Source: a virus. From it: a DNA stretch of 64,000 nt. The stretch is from the IMG/VR virus record IMGVR_UViG_3300045988_151684, positions 1-64,000 of that record; one strand, written 5' to 3'. The translations under genes were made by a program, and so were the position numbers. The stretch's first letter is position 1. Each line of letters opens with the position of its first letter. The notes beneath the pieces are model-generated. The model saw only the letters and a program-made list of their open reading frames with translations, had not been told where the DNA came from and made no database searches. This document shows positions 19,001 through 27,676 of this stretch, piece after piece.

Positions 19001-21329
19001 GGCAGGATACGATATTGTCGTTGAGTACGCTTTGCCGCAGGATGACGTTACAACATCTGCAATCTGTTATTATAAGACCAATGCAGTCAGTATGACGGAG
19101 ATCGGCACGATTCCCGAGGGATTGGCGGGCGATGAGACCGGCTATGGGGCAGATTGGCGGATTGCTGGCGAAAGCGCCGATCGGACGGTTATTTCCGGCG
19201 GGCAGATTGGCGATACGTATAAGCTGAAATTAGTATCAAAGTCAAAATATGGTTATGCATCGCCAAACCCAGTGAATATCTCTATCACAGTAGAACCGCG
19301 CACCGAAGTGCCGAATACGCCACAGAATTTCAGCTATGATTTCAGTCTGTCAGGCGGCTTCAGGTTCGCCTGGGATGATGTCGCAAACGCGGATGTGGAC
19401 TTCTATGAGCTGCGTTATGACCAAACTCCAGGAGCGACTGCCGGCCTGATTGCCCGTGTGCAGGGAGCAGGCGCGATGATAAGCACACTCAGCCGCCGCA
19501 ACGCTACGGTGTACCTTTATGCACATAACAGTGCGAAGCTGTATAGCTACCCGGCATTACTGAGCTATGATTTACCCAAGCCAGATGCCCCAAAATCAAT
19601 AACCTTTGCCAGTATTCCCCGCGGCGTTCGGATAACATGCCCGTCTTTTACCTCACCAATTCAATGTATTCGCCTTTATATTACAGGGGAATCTTCATCG
19701 GATGTTATTGATACAAACAATTCATCTTATGCTTACTATGGCAGTCCGGGGATTTACTCTGTCCGTGCAACGTACATTGATCTGATTGGCGAGGGATATT
19801 CTTCGACAGAATACATGGCAACGATTGAAGCGACCTTTGATCCAGCATGGATTAGCGAAGAATCCATTGGATTGAAAAATATCGATGATACCTTGAAAAG
19901 CGCCCTTAAAGATGCTCAGACAGCCATTTCTGGTATTAACGAGGAAATTACTGGATTGAAACAAACTGATTCCGAGTTATCCAATGTCATAAAACAGACA
20001 AAGACGGATATGGAATCGGACATATCCAAGGCAGACCAAAAGGCAGATAGCATTAGTACCACCGTACAGAATCAGAAAAAAGAAATAGATGGGACGATAA
20101 GCGGATTATCCAGTAGAATCTGTCAAAATGCAAATAGTATCACCAATATTGTTACAGAGCTTGGAAAATCCCCGGATAAAAGCAGTTATTCGGCGATAAC
20201 TCAGCTTCTCAATGGAATCAATCTGCGCGTCAAGAAAGAAGAGATTATCAACCAAATCAATATGACTCCATCTGGAACAACTATTGATGGTAAATATTTA
20301 CATATCACAGGAACAACAAAAATTGATAACGATGTGATTGTTGGCGGCATGATAAAAGCCGGGGCAGTGACGGCGGATAAACTGAGCGCTGGGACAATAT
20401 CATTAAGCAATAACCAAGGTATTCAAGGTGGGAATGTTATACTGAGTACCAATGGAATGACTTGTACCGACTCTAATGGGACTACCATTCAATTTGGACA
20501 GGATGGCATGGTATCTAAGGACAAAAATGGCAACAGCTTTGCAATCCTTTCTCAATGTATGATGGGCGTAGCAAAAAACGGTAAATATATAAAATTTAAT
20601 AATCCGTGGACGGAAACGCCTGTTGTCATCATTACGCCTCAAAATGTACAGACAAATAATCCTGCATACTCCACATCGCAAGTAAGATTGCATTGCTATG
20701 CAGAGGATGTATCTGTCAATGGCTTTCGCGTGAGGGCATATAGCGGTATTGCAAATGGTTCTGGCTCATTTGCGCAGTATCAAGAGTGTGGCTCAATGAG
20801 CTGGACAATTTGGAGAGATAACGGGGCTGCCGGCAATATGCGACTACCATATGGCAGTCGCTCTATTACCTTTACTGTAAAAATGCCAAGTAATGCAAGC
20901 CGTGTTGTTTTCCATGGTAGATTCGGGATGCATCTCAATTATAAGTATAGGAATTTTGTTAGATTTCCAAATAGCGCATCTCAGAATATATCTATAAGAT
21001 GCAATGGCAAAGAAACATACAATGGTATGTTTTTTTCTGGTGCTAATAATAACGAAATCCACGGGAGTACAGGCAATCATAACATTGACGAATACTGCTC
21101 ATATACATCAAATGCATTTACAGTCGCACAGGGGAGCGAATTAACATGTACATTAACACTTAACCCATGGACTGAGCATGACGGCGATGGTTCGGATGAT
21201 CTTAGAGTATGGCTCATTATTGATTCGCTTGACGTGTATGTTGACGGTGAACAGATACTTGATAATGACGGGACAGGCGCCTTCTTTGTCGTCAATAGTA
21301 GCAATGGATTGTATACAATTACAGATTGA
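16035..21329 (+). CDS. tail tip protein: gpI-like N-terminus fused to host specificity protein J-like body (FN3 repeats), AT-rich swapped C-terminal domain
   Basis: 1764 aa from ATG 16035 (RBS GGGAGG); hydrophobic I-like segment; long beta-rich body; GC falls sharply from ~19650 to end. Confidence 0.8.
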   Translation: MVQIIEIQNPFEPEKCEYKDLYCTGGRLPEYIAVEGRDVYIDGKCVEQPEKVTPTDEMQILVTPHIAGHGLKRILGFAAMIALSVYSANIAGGLWAKAGSFFAKGAIGSVLASGAVMFLGGKVINAIFPQQSPSLSWNDRQSSQTYGWDLPTPTTVAGNIIGETYGECIPAPQLLEQHVETVNDKQYLNLLYCGGYGQVDEIKDIRIDYTDISNFNEVQIETRLGTNDQKPISFFKNTPLDQSVGIELLKDSVISRTSDSTKATALDVTLEWPAGLYHMNDNGSYGNATVKLRIEYRLRGETNWNNFHRNSDDYVYEVTGATNEALRRTFSVTGLTAGQYEVRVSMVDKPSTSRYQSMTQWSILTSYVDGIYCRPGKVLVALRIKASNQLSGGVPSLNWRQVRKTVWVHNPETDTYEEKPADNPIWATYDILHGCRRLKNVHTGAYEFTVAGYPADCLDAYYEQWTEAAAYADEEITNQDGEKEPRFRFDAFYDTSQKRWNAAQKAANVGHAAIIPHGRNIGIVVDKPGQITQVFGEGRTTVSSVKGSFSATADRAKAIEITYNDSQNDFKNTVMTVRSPNYNTDHASDNTSQMTLFGVKRRSQAYREAITALATNERQLQFIELSADIDAIVAEYGDIVGYNHTVSRIGIASGRIRAATETTVRLDKAVTMVDGKDYEIYITLSDDTVVKRQVVAKAGTVDTITVSVPFDEVPQTFDTYAFGETDKAVKPFRIVNASRDGDMLVSLKLAEYDEAMYSTELDYSRYPVIDYSNSPTAATVKAVTAKEQSYLNGRSSVSDLLVNWTLSGGTPPDSYTVDCISRDSAFTQTINTRMTSCLFHAVKPGETYDIIVHSVLDAVTIGNTATYIHVAGHAVPGENVSHLTAMPVVGGLRLTWSPTGEYGAVGYNVYRGAKGADLSKCELIAKGITGMVLDDPRDSVGEWQYYVSAVSSSGALMGNAVTTLGQITAPGAVKGATARSIYRRYNDGSAGYDIVVEYALPQDDVTTSAICYYKTNAVSMTEIGTIPEGLAGDETGYGADWRIAGESADRTVISGGQIGDTYKLKLVSKSKYGYASPNPVNISITVEPRTEVPNTPQNFSYDFSLSGGFRFAWDDVANADVDFYELRYDQTPGATAGLIARVQGAGAMISTLSRRNATVYLYAHNSAKLYSYPALLSYDLPKPDAPKSITFASIPRGVRITCPSFTSPIQCIRLYITGESSSDVIDTNNSSYAYYGSPGIYSVRATYIDLIGEGYSSTEYMATIEATFDPAWISEESIGLKNIDDTLKSALKDAQTAISGINEEITGLKQTDSELSNVIKQTKTDMESDISKADQKADSISTTVQNQKKEIDGTISGLSSRICQNANSITNIVTELGKSPDKSSYSAITQLLNGINLRVKKEEIINQINMTPSGTTIDGKYLHITGTTKIDNDVIVGGMIKAGAVTADKLSAGTISLSNNQGIQGGNVILSTNGMTCTDSNGTTIQFGQDGMVSKDKNGNSFAILSQCMMGVAKNGKYIKFNNPWTETPVVIITPQNVQTNNPAYSTSQVRLHCYAEDVSVNGFRVRAYSGIANGSGSFAQYQECGSMSWTIWRDNGAAGNMRLPYGSRSITFTVKMPSNASRVVFHGRFGMHLNYKYRNFVRFPNSASQNISIRCNGKETYNGMFFSGANNNEIHGSTGNHNIDEYCSYTSNAFTVAQGSELTCTLTLNPWTEHDGDGSDDLRVWLIIDSLDVYVDGEQILDNDGTGAFFVVNSSNGLYTITD

Positions 21330-21345
21330 AGGTGAATAATACAAT

Positions 21346-23727
21346 ATGTTAAACGCAGGATTCCAATATTTAGAACAACGAGACGCAAATGACACCATCA
21401 CGAAAAACGGCGTAGTGAGCAAGAATAGCCCTTTTGCTACATCGGACAATAGTGGTATTTATGATGTAATCGCTGAGAATTTCCGGGCGATCAAGTATAT
21501 GCTTGACACAGTATCGTCAAGCAATGATTTGTCCTCTATTCGTGATGAAGTCAAAACGATGTATGACGATATGAGGACGAATGAGAAGTTTGGCAGTATC
21601 GAAGCGACGGAGCAAGCGGCGATAGCGAAGGAACAAGCGGCGATAGCCACTGAAAAGGCAAAGGAAGCCGCTGCATCGCTTACTTCCATTACGGACAGCA
21701 GCAAGGATATATCGGCGAATATCAAAACGATAAACGATAGTATTTCTGCTGTAAAGACATACCTTGATACGATCCAGTCGGTACAGAAAGATGTTGCCGA
21801 TAATGCTCAGGTAGCAGCCAATCAAAAAACGGCGGCAAAACAGGCGGCAGACGAGGCGGGTACATCGGAAACCAATGCCGCATCCAGTGCCGCATCCAGT
21901 GCTGCATCGGCAAGTGCGGCAAAGGACTCTGAGACAAATGCAAAGACCAGTGAAACGAATGCAAAGACCAGTGCATCCAGCGCGGCAAGCAGTGCAGAAT
22001 CCGCACAGAACGCAAAAGATTCAGCGGAATCTATTAAAGATACGGTCATGTCATTGAAAAGCGGTGCTGAGAAAGCCATATCGGACCATAACAACACAAT
22101 GACTGCGAATAGTGAGTCCATGCAGGAAACGTTGTCGTTGACGAATCAGGCATACAACAAGGCAAATGAATCTGCATCGACTGCGGAAATGTGGGCAGAG
22201 GGCGATGTTCCCTCTGAGAATGTCACCGGAGGCGATGGAGTTATTACGGTTATTGCGCATAAATCGTCCAAGGGATGGGCATCTGAATCGAAATCGAGTG
22301 CTGAATCAAGCGCTGCCTCTGCTGACAATGCCAGTAAGAGTGCATCGGATGCACATGAATATTTGGACACGGTTGCGACAAATGCAAGCAAGTCCGAGGC
22401 ATCGGCAACGGCAGCAAAACAGTCGGAGGAGAATGCACTTAGTCATGCCAATGGTGCAAAGACCAGCGAGTCTAATGCGAAAGCATCGGAAACCAATGCG
22501 TCTACCTATGCGAACATGGCAAAGGCATGGGCCATGTCAGGGGATTCCCCGGACGACGCATTTGACGCTGACGCTGATGGCGGAAAGACGATGAGTTCCA
22601 AAACATGGGCAATGAAAGCCAGGTCAAGCGCACAGTCGGCTTCGGACAATGCGAAGGAATCCAAGGAAAATGCCAATAACGTAGCTACTGCATTACAAAA
22701 TATGCAAGCGGTTCAGTCGAATATTCTGTCCATTCAAGAGCAAATCAAAAAGTTGGAAAAAGAAGCCAATAAATGTCTTTCCGATGCACAATCCATACGG
22801 GACAGTATTTCCAGTTCCGTGGTGTACAAGGGGGCTGTCGATACTTATGCCGCATTGCCTACGTTCAATAAGGTCGGCGATATGTACAACGTTGCCCATG
22901 CAGATTCTGACCATGGAATTAAAGCGGGAGACAATGTGATTTGGAATGGGACCGATTGGGATAATACTGGCGGCACAATAGACACATCAACTTTTGCTCA
23001 GATTGGTTCTGACGTATCGTTTGGTACAGTCACCGCAACAACATTTAAGGGGAAAGCGGATGCAGCCAAGTTTGCTGACAGTGCATCAAGTGTTGCGTGG
23101 AGCAATGTGACGGGAAAACCAACGTCAATGACGGCAAACGGCGGTAGTGCCGATACGGCAAAAGTTGCAGACAGTGCAAAGATATGTACCGGTAACAGTG
23201 CAAGTGCATCGAGCGTATCGTGGAGCGGGGTAACGGGCAAACCGTCAACGTTTGCGCCAAGTAGTCATACCCATGATTACTTACCCGCATCTGGTGGCAC
23301 GCAACGAGGCAACATTTACTTTTCTGAGATTGGTAATACGGCTAAAAGTGCCGGTATGACGTGGAAAGGCTCAACAGATGGCGCGGATATTTATTATCAG
23401 ACTACTGCTGCTGACCAAGGCAATCTCGTATTTAATCTCCGTGATGATGCCAATTGTTATCTCCGTATTGCATACAATGGCGATTTCAAGAGCTATTTCT
23501 CGCCGTCCGATGGTAATTTCCACGGGAATGTCAACGGAAAAGCGGATGCAGCCAAGGTTGCTGACAGTGCATCGAGTGTTCCGTGGAGCGGGGTGACGGG
23601 AAAACCATCGGCCTACAAGCCGGCGTCCCATTCTCATAGCTGGGACACGACAACGGGCAAGCCGGGTGGCATTGTCAAGGTTGCCGGATGGGATGGGTCG
23701 ACGCTGAGTCTTACGACCTGTACCTGA
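21346..23727 (+). CDS. tail fiber protein with Ala/Ser-rich coiled-coil region and C-terminal repeats
   Basis: low-complexity SETNAKT repeats; triplicated GKADAAK(F/V)ADSASSV.WS.VTGKP motif. Confidence 0.65.
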   Translation: MLNAGFQYLEQRDANDTITKNGVVSKNSPFATSDNSGIYDVIAENFRAIKYMLDTVSSSNDLSSIRDEVKTMYDDMRTNEKFGSIEATEQAAIAKEQAAIATEKAKEAAASLTSITDSSKDISANIKTINDSISAVKTYLDTIQSVQKDVADNAQVAANQKTAAKQAADEAGTSETNAASSAASSAASASAAKDSETNAKTSETNAKTSASSAASSAESAQNAKDSAESIKDTVMSLKSGAEKAISDHNNTMTANSESMQETLSLTNQAYNKANESASTAEMWAEGDVPSENVTGGDGVITVIAHKSSKGWASESKSSAESSAASADNASKSASDAHEYLDTVATNASKSEASATAAKQSEENALSHANGAKTSESNAKASETNASTYANMAKAWAMSGDSPDDAFDADADGGKTMSSKTWAMKARSSAQSASDNAKESKENANNVATALQNMQAVQSNILSIQEQIKKLEKEANKCLSDAQSIRDSISSSVVYKGAVDTYAALPTFNKVGDMYNVAHADSDHGIKAGDNVIWNGTDWDNTGGTIDTSTFAQIGSDVSFGTVTATTFKGKADAAKFADSASSVAWSNVTGKPTSMTANGGSADTAKVADSAKICTGNSASASSVSWSGVTGKPSTFAPSSHTHDYLPASGGTQRGNIYFSEIGNTAKSAGMTWKGSTDGADIYYQTTAADQGNLVFNLRDDANCYLRIAYNGDFKSYFSPSDGNFHGNVNGKADAAKVADSASSVPWSGVTGKPSAYKPASHSHSWDTTTGKPGGIVKVAGWDGSTLSLTTCT

Positions 23728-23764
23728 TGGATGTGCTTTTCTTTATAAAGTATGGAGGGGTGAC

Positions 23765-24310
23765 ATGGGAAATTTTTTGTACGGAGGGAAAAAACCTGCC
23801 TCCATAAAATACAACGGTGCAGCGGTACAAGTATTGAAATATAATGGCGTAATCGTATGGCAGGCAATGGACAGTTATGTGATTACCGGTAAGCTGATTG
23901 GCAAGGGGATAAGGCATAGCTGGGATTGCAACTGTGAAATTGACGATTGCCATAGCGAACAAAATTGTGATTGTAATTGCTCGAACAGTGCAGATGACTA
24001 TGAATATAGTTTGCAATTGACGTTCAGCGGAGTAAGCCGGTTTCCGATCAAGTATGTATCAAAATCCGGTGCGACGGTCAGTATTGAAAAATCTGCTGTT
24101 TCCGGCAGTGGCAGCACCTATACGTATACGTCGGGAACGTTTAACGTCAATCAGCCGTCTATGACTGGGAATTGCAGCGAAAGTTTTGATATGAACTCCG
24201 GAATCGAAGAATTGAAAAGCATTTATCCGGCGTCCGGTCTTAGTTCGTACAGCAGTATCGCTTCGATAAATATTACGGCTCAGAATAACGGCGTGTCGGA
24301 GTGCGTATAG
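23765..24310 (+). CDS. hypothetical protein with Cys-rich cluster (8 Cys in 26 aa: CNCEIDDCHSEQNCDCNCSNS)
   Basis: RBS GGAGGGG; immediately upstream of radical SAM gene. Confidence 0.45.
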   Translation: MGNFLYGGKKPASIKYNGAAVQVLKYNGVIVWQAMDSYVITGKLIGKGIRHSWDCNCEIDDCHSEQNCDCNCSNSADDYEYSLQLTFSGVSRFPIKYVSKSGATVSIEKSAVSGSGSTYTYTSGTFNVNQPSMTGNCSESFDMNSGIEELKSIYPASGLSSYSSIASINITAQNNGVSECV

Positions 24311-24364
24311 GAATCCAATAACTGCCAAGACTGTAATAATTAAACTAGTTGAGGATGTGGTGCC

Positions 24365-25387
24365 ATGTTATTTTCAATCTATCGAATTTTTCTGATGCTT
24401 GGGCCTGAATGCAACCTGCAATGTAAATATTGTTTGCAGCATGATATGGCTTCGACCAGCAGTAAACAGATTTCCCAAGAGGTAATCCATTGGATTAAGA
24501 CTCAGGTTCGAAGCCAATCGTCAAAGTTTACGATAACGTTTTATGGCGGAGAGCCTTTGATTTATTGGGATGCGATTCAGCAAACCATAAGAGAAATTGG
24601 AGATGTGGTATCTTTTTCCATCATAACGAATGGAAAATTGCTGGATGAAGAGAAAGTGAATTATCTAAACGATCACAATGTTCATGTTGCTGTATCTTGG
24701 GATGGTAAGAATGTAATGGAAACACGCGGTTATGATGTTTTGAAAAACAATCCGAATATTCCATACATAAACAATTTGAGTATATCAGCGGTTTCGTCCA
24801 AAGCAAACTATCCAAAGGATTTTCTCGATAGTTTAGAGCCGTTTATGCAGACGTATTATGAGATACATCATTCTTATCCGGGGCTTAATATCGACACCAT
24901 TATGGATTTTGGTCATTGTGCTGATTTGGCCGATATGGATTGTGATAAAATTTACCAGCAGATGCAGGAAATCGTTGCGACGGACAACAGGATTTATCAT
25001 CTTTTCAAGCGTGATTTGATTCGAAGGGCTACGCTGTATTTCCCGCACGATACCGATAGAGCTGCTTGTGGCAACGGTATAAGCGTATGGAATGTAGATA
25101 CGGATGGAAATATCTATCGCTGTCACAACTGCGGAGAAAAGATTGGTAGTATAGATGATGATCCGGTTAATGCTTTGATTCGGGCGGTAAGAAAAGACCC
25201 TACGGAAGAGAATTTCAAAATATGCAAGGAGTGTCCGGTGGTCAGCCTTTGCGGCGGAGGGTGTCCTTTGGTCAATCAGGCGGACAGGGAACGGTATTAC
25301 TGTAAGATCAAGCGATCATATTACCTTCCACTGATTGAGTATGCAAATCGGAAAAATGAGGCAGGAAAGGAGATCGTGATTCAATGA
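24365..25387 (+). CDS. radical SAM enzyme with C-terminal SPASM/twitch domain
   Basis: CNLQCKYC (CxxxCxxC) near N-terminus; GGEP motif; C-terminal CGNG...DG.IYRCHNC and CKECPVVSLCGGGCP cysteine clusters. Confidence 0.75.
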   Translation: MLFSIYRIFLMLGPECNLQCKYCLQHDMASTSSKQISQEVIHWIKTQVRSQSSKFTITFYGGEPLIYWDAIQQTIREIGDVVSFSIITNGKLLDEEKVNYLNDHNVHVAVSWDGKNVMETRGYDVLKNNPNIPYINNLSISAVSSKANYPKDFLDSLEPFMQTYYEIHHSYPGLNIDTIMDFGHCADLADMDCDKIYQQMQEIVATDNRIYHLFKRDLIRRATLYFPHDTDRAACGNGISVWNVDTDGNIYRCHNCGEKIGSIDDDPVNALIRAVRKDPTEENFKICKECPVVSLCGGGCPLVNQADRERYYCKIKRSYYLPLIEYANRKNEAGKEIVIQ

Positions 25388-26133
25388 ATTTTTTGGATGA
25401 ATTGGCAGATAAGATGCCTGAACATGACCGGTTACTCCTTGGCGGTATTGTCGGTTCCTTTACTTACAGATTGGGTGATACCTTGAGTGATACGGATATT
25501 CGCTATTATGTCATGCCGACGCTGGATGATTTACTTCGTAGCCGCAAACGCCGGAGGATATTTTTAGATGGGGAAAACGATGTCCAGGTTCATGACATCC
25601 GGCGCTTTCCTTATTTTTTGAATATGGGCGATTTGAATCAAATATCGGTTTTGTTTTCGCCTTTTTTGTATATCGGTGAATCTTATATTGGGTTATCCCA
25701 TCTGCTTTTGGAACGGCGTGAAGAGATTGCTGAGGCCGTTTCCTCCAATATTTACAGTTGGGGGAAATCTATGTTCGAAAAAAAGATGGGACAGCTGGAT
25801 AGCTTTAAATTGAATGAAATCGTATATCAGCGAAACGGATATAACACCAAGGCTGCAGCGCAGGCGATATATCATATTAAGATGATCGGGAAGTATCTGC
25901 ATAATCTGGAATATAACGTAGAAAAACCTTTGGAGAACGCATTGGACTGCAAGGATATTCGTGAAGATATTCTCGCGGTCAAGGACGGAAAATATACACG
26001 GGATGAGTTTTTGAACATAGCCGATGACGCTTTTTCGTTGTATGCCGTGATTGATCGGAACAGTTATTCTAATATGCCCGGATGGGTTGCCTCGGCAATC
26101 AATGATGAGATCAAAAAACATATTGGTGATTAA
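25384..26133 (+). CDS. Pol-beta superfamily nucleotidyltransferase (AbiEii/KNTase/MNT-like fold) with helical C-terminal domain
   Basis: ATGA overlap with upstream rSAM gene; GGIVGS-x11-SDTD matches GS...DxD NTase motif. Confidence 0.55.
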   Translation: MNFLDELADKMPEHDRLLLGGIVGSFTYRLGDTLSDTDIRYYVMPTLDDLLRSRKRRRIFLDGENDVQVHDIRRFPYFLNMGDLNQISVLFSPFLYIGESYIGLSHLLLERREEIAEAVSSNIYSWGKSMFEKKMGQLDSFKLNEIVYQRNGYNTKAAAQAIYHIKMIGKYLHNLEYNVEKPLENALDCKDIREDILAVKDGKYTRDEFLNIADDAFSLYAVIDRNSYSNMPGWVASAINDEIKKHIGD

Positions 26134-26290
26134 TGGAGGTGATGATCCCATGGAAAAGAATTGATAAACAAAAAGAGCAATTTGCATTTGGGGCATATTG
26201 CTATTTTTTGATTGGAGGAAGATACTTGGCAAGACCGCCGCCGGGGAATCATCCGGACACGATTCTGAATAAATAGTAGAGGTACACGAC

Positions 26291-26524
26291 ATGACACTAA
26301 ATGACGCAGCTATGATCGTATCAATCGCAGCAGCGTGTGGAGGGGCGTTTTATAAGGCTTGTCTTGCGCCACTGCGGGAGAGTATCAATCGACTGAATAA
26401 ACTGATTGATGAGCAGTCGAAGATGATTTCCAGCGATCGGGTGAAGATTGCTGAGATTGAACAGTCGTGCCGGTCGGCGCACCATCGCATTGACCGGCTG
26501 GATAATTTGATGGATGGGAGATGA
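26291..26524 (+). CDS. XhlA-like lysis-associated membrane protein (N-terminal TM + coiled coil)
   Basis: 77 aa; homolog of prophage 2 33752..34018 (shared SAHHR.DRLD); precedes holin and amidase. Confidence 0.5.
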   Translation: MTLNDAAMIVSIAAACGGAFYKACLAPLRESINRLNKLIDEQSKMISSDRVKIAEIEQSCRSAHHRIDRLDNLMDGR

Positions 26525-26696
26525 TAAGGTGATAATCACGACGGATATGATTGTGGGAACGGGACTTGTCGTTGCTTTACTCGCCGCCATTTTTTGCGGC
26601 GGGAGTACGGAGCTTCAAACGACGCTCGGCAGTGGCCTGATCGGCTACCTTGGGCGGACGGCGATCGGGCACGGAGGAGGAGATACGCATGGATAA
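26514..26696 (+). CDS. holin (small 1-2 TM protein)
   Basis: TTD.I...GLVVAL block shared with prophage 2 holin 33568..33762; upstream of endolysin. Confidence 0.5.
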   Translation: MGDDKVIITTDMIVGTGLVVALLAAIFCGGSTELQTTLGSGLIGYLGRTAIGHGGGDTHG

Positions 26697-26859
26697 CCGC
26701 ATACCGACCTTGCAGTATACGCCTTTCGCGGATGCGTTTTGGAATTTCGCGTCCCTGGCAAAGCAGTATCATTTCTACGATGAGGAGGTGGCGCGGATGG
26801 AACAGGCCATGCTGGACATGAATCCCTTTCCGCGCCAGAGAAAGGATGATGTGAAATGA
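26689..26859 (+). CDS. small hypothetical protein in lysis cassette
   Basis: RBS GGAGGAGGAG; overlaps holin end and amidase start. Confidence 0.35.
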   Translation: MDNRIPTLQYTPFADAFWNFASLAKQYHFYDEEVARMEQAMLDMNPFPRQRKDDVK

Positions 26860-27422
26860 AAGTATTTATCAATCCAGGACATGACACGACATACGACAGC
26901 GGCGCGGTCAATCCGAATACGGGGCTGCGTGAGTGCGATGTGGCGGCAGAAGTCGGCGCACGGGTCGCGGCTTATCTTGAGGGAGCAGGTTGTGAGTGCC
27001 AGCTGATGCAGAGCGACAACCTCGCACCGACTGGCGCAGGCCGTTCTGAGTATGCCGACAGACAGGGCTTGACGGTCACGGAGACGGCTAATGAGTGGGG
27101 CGCAGATGTGTTTGTATCTATCCACTGTAATGCGTTCAACGAATCCGCGCACGGTACGGAGGTCGAATGTTACGGTGCAGGAGAGGGCGCACGGCTGGCT
27201 GGCAATATCCAGAAGCAGATTGTCGGGGCACTGGGCACTCTTGACCGTGGCGTGAAATCCATGCCGCATCTTCTCGTGCTCAAATATACGGACATGCCCG
27301 CGTGTCTTGTCGAGATGGCGTTCATCGATAACGACGATGACGCGGAACTGCTGGCAAATAAGCAGGACGATTTCGCTCGTGCAATCGCGCGCGGCGTTAC
27401 TGATTATGAGCAGTCTTTATAA
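26856..27422 (+). CDS. N-acetylmuramoyl-L-alanine amidase (Amidase_3) endolysin
   Basis: FINPGHD...SIHCNAF...MPACLVEMAFIDN signature. Confidence 0.85.
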   Translation: MKVFINPGHDTTYDSGAVNPNTGLRECDVAAEVGARVAAYLEGAGCECQLMQSDNLAPTGAGRSEYADRQGLTVTETANEWGADVFVSIHCNAFNESAHGTEVECYGAGEGARLAGNIQKQIVGALGTLDRGVKSMPHLLVLKYTDMPACLVEMAFIDNDDDAELLANKQDDFARAIARGVTDYEQSL

Positions 27423-27489
27423 ATCGTTCGAACGATTCGCGCCAGCAATGACGCGGATTCGTGGGCTTTTCGAACGATTTTCGAACGAT
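27422..27489. repeat. 16-bp perfect palindrome AATCGTTCGAACGATT plus two direct TTCGAACGATT half-sites
   Basis: seen directly at the right end of prophage 1 after endolysin stop. Confidence 0.6.
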
Positions 27490-27502
27490 TGATTATAGAT
27501 AG

Positions 27503-27541
27503 GAATAAATAAGGCCCCGATACTCTTACGAGCGTCGGGAC
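27503..27541 (+). terminator. probable terminator after lysis cassette
   Basis: CCCGA...TCGGG stem then TTATTTTT. Confidence 0.4.
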
Positions 27542-27637
27542 CTTATTTTTGTGCAAAAAATATTCCGCGAAAAACATTCAAGGATGCAGGAGTATAAGCC
27601 AATAATGTAGTAATAATATATTGCTAGTAACAAAGAT

Positions 27638-27662
27638 TTGTGATAACATAATTTGGTATAAT
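27638..27662 (+). promoter_or_regulatory. extended -10 promoter (TGgTATAAT) for 313-aa gene
   Basis: TTGTGA-13nt-TGgTATAAT then RBS AGGGGGAAG and ATG 27677. Confidence 0.35.
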
Positions 27663-27676
27663 TTAGGGGGAAGAAA

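Larger units (their letters stand above)
1..27560 (+). mobile_element. Prophage 1: HK97-like siphovirus genome (left end cut by window) with early genes, packaging, head, lambda-like tail tip, tail fiber, moron, lysis cassette
   Basis: Co-oriented phage gene order TerS-TerL-portal-protease-MCP-connectors-MTP-chaperones-TMP-M/L/K/I-J-fiber-holin-amidase; GC about 50%; sharp GC drop after ~27560. Confidence 0.85.

Noticed and set aside
21822-22121. several minus-strand ORFs (21459..22438) inside the tail fiber gene
   Set aside because: All are antisense to the low-complexity Ala/Ser repeat region of the 793-aa fiber ORF.
27420-27440. considered TTCGAACGATT cluster as a tRNA T-loop remnant (att in tRNA)
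   Set aside because: No GTTCGANTCC-type T-loop or acceptor stem could be assembled around it.
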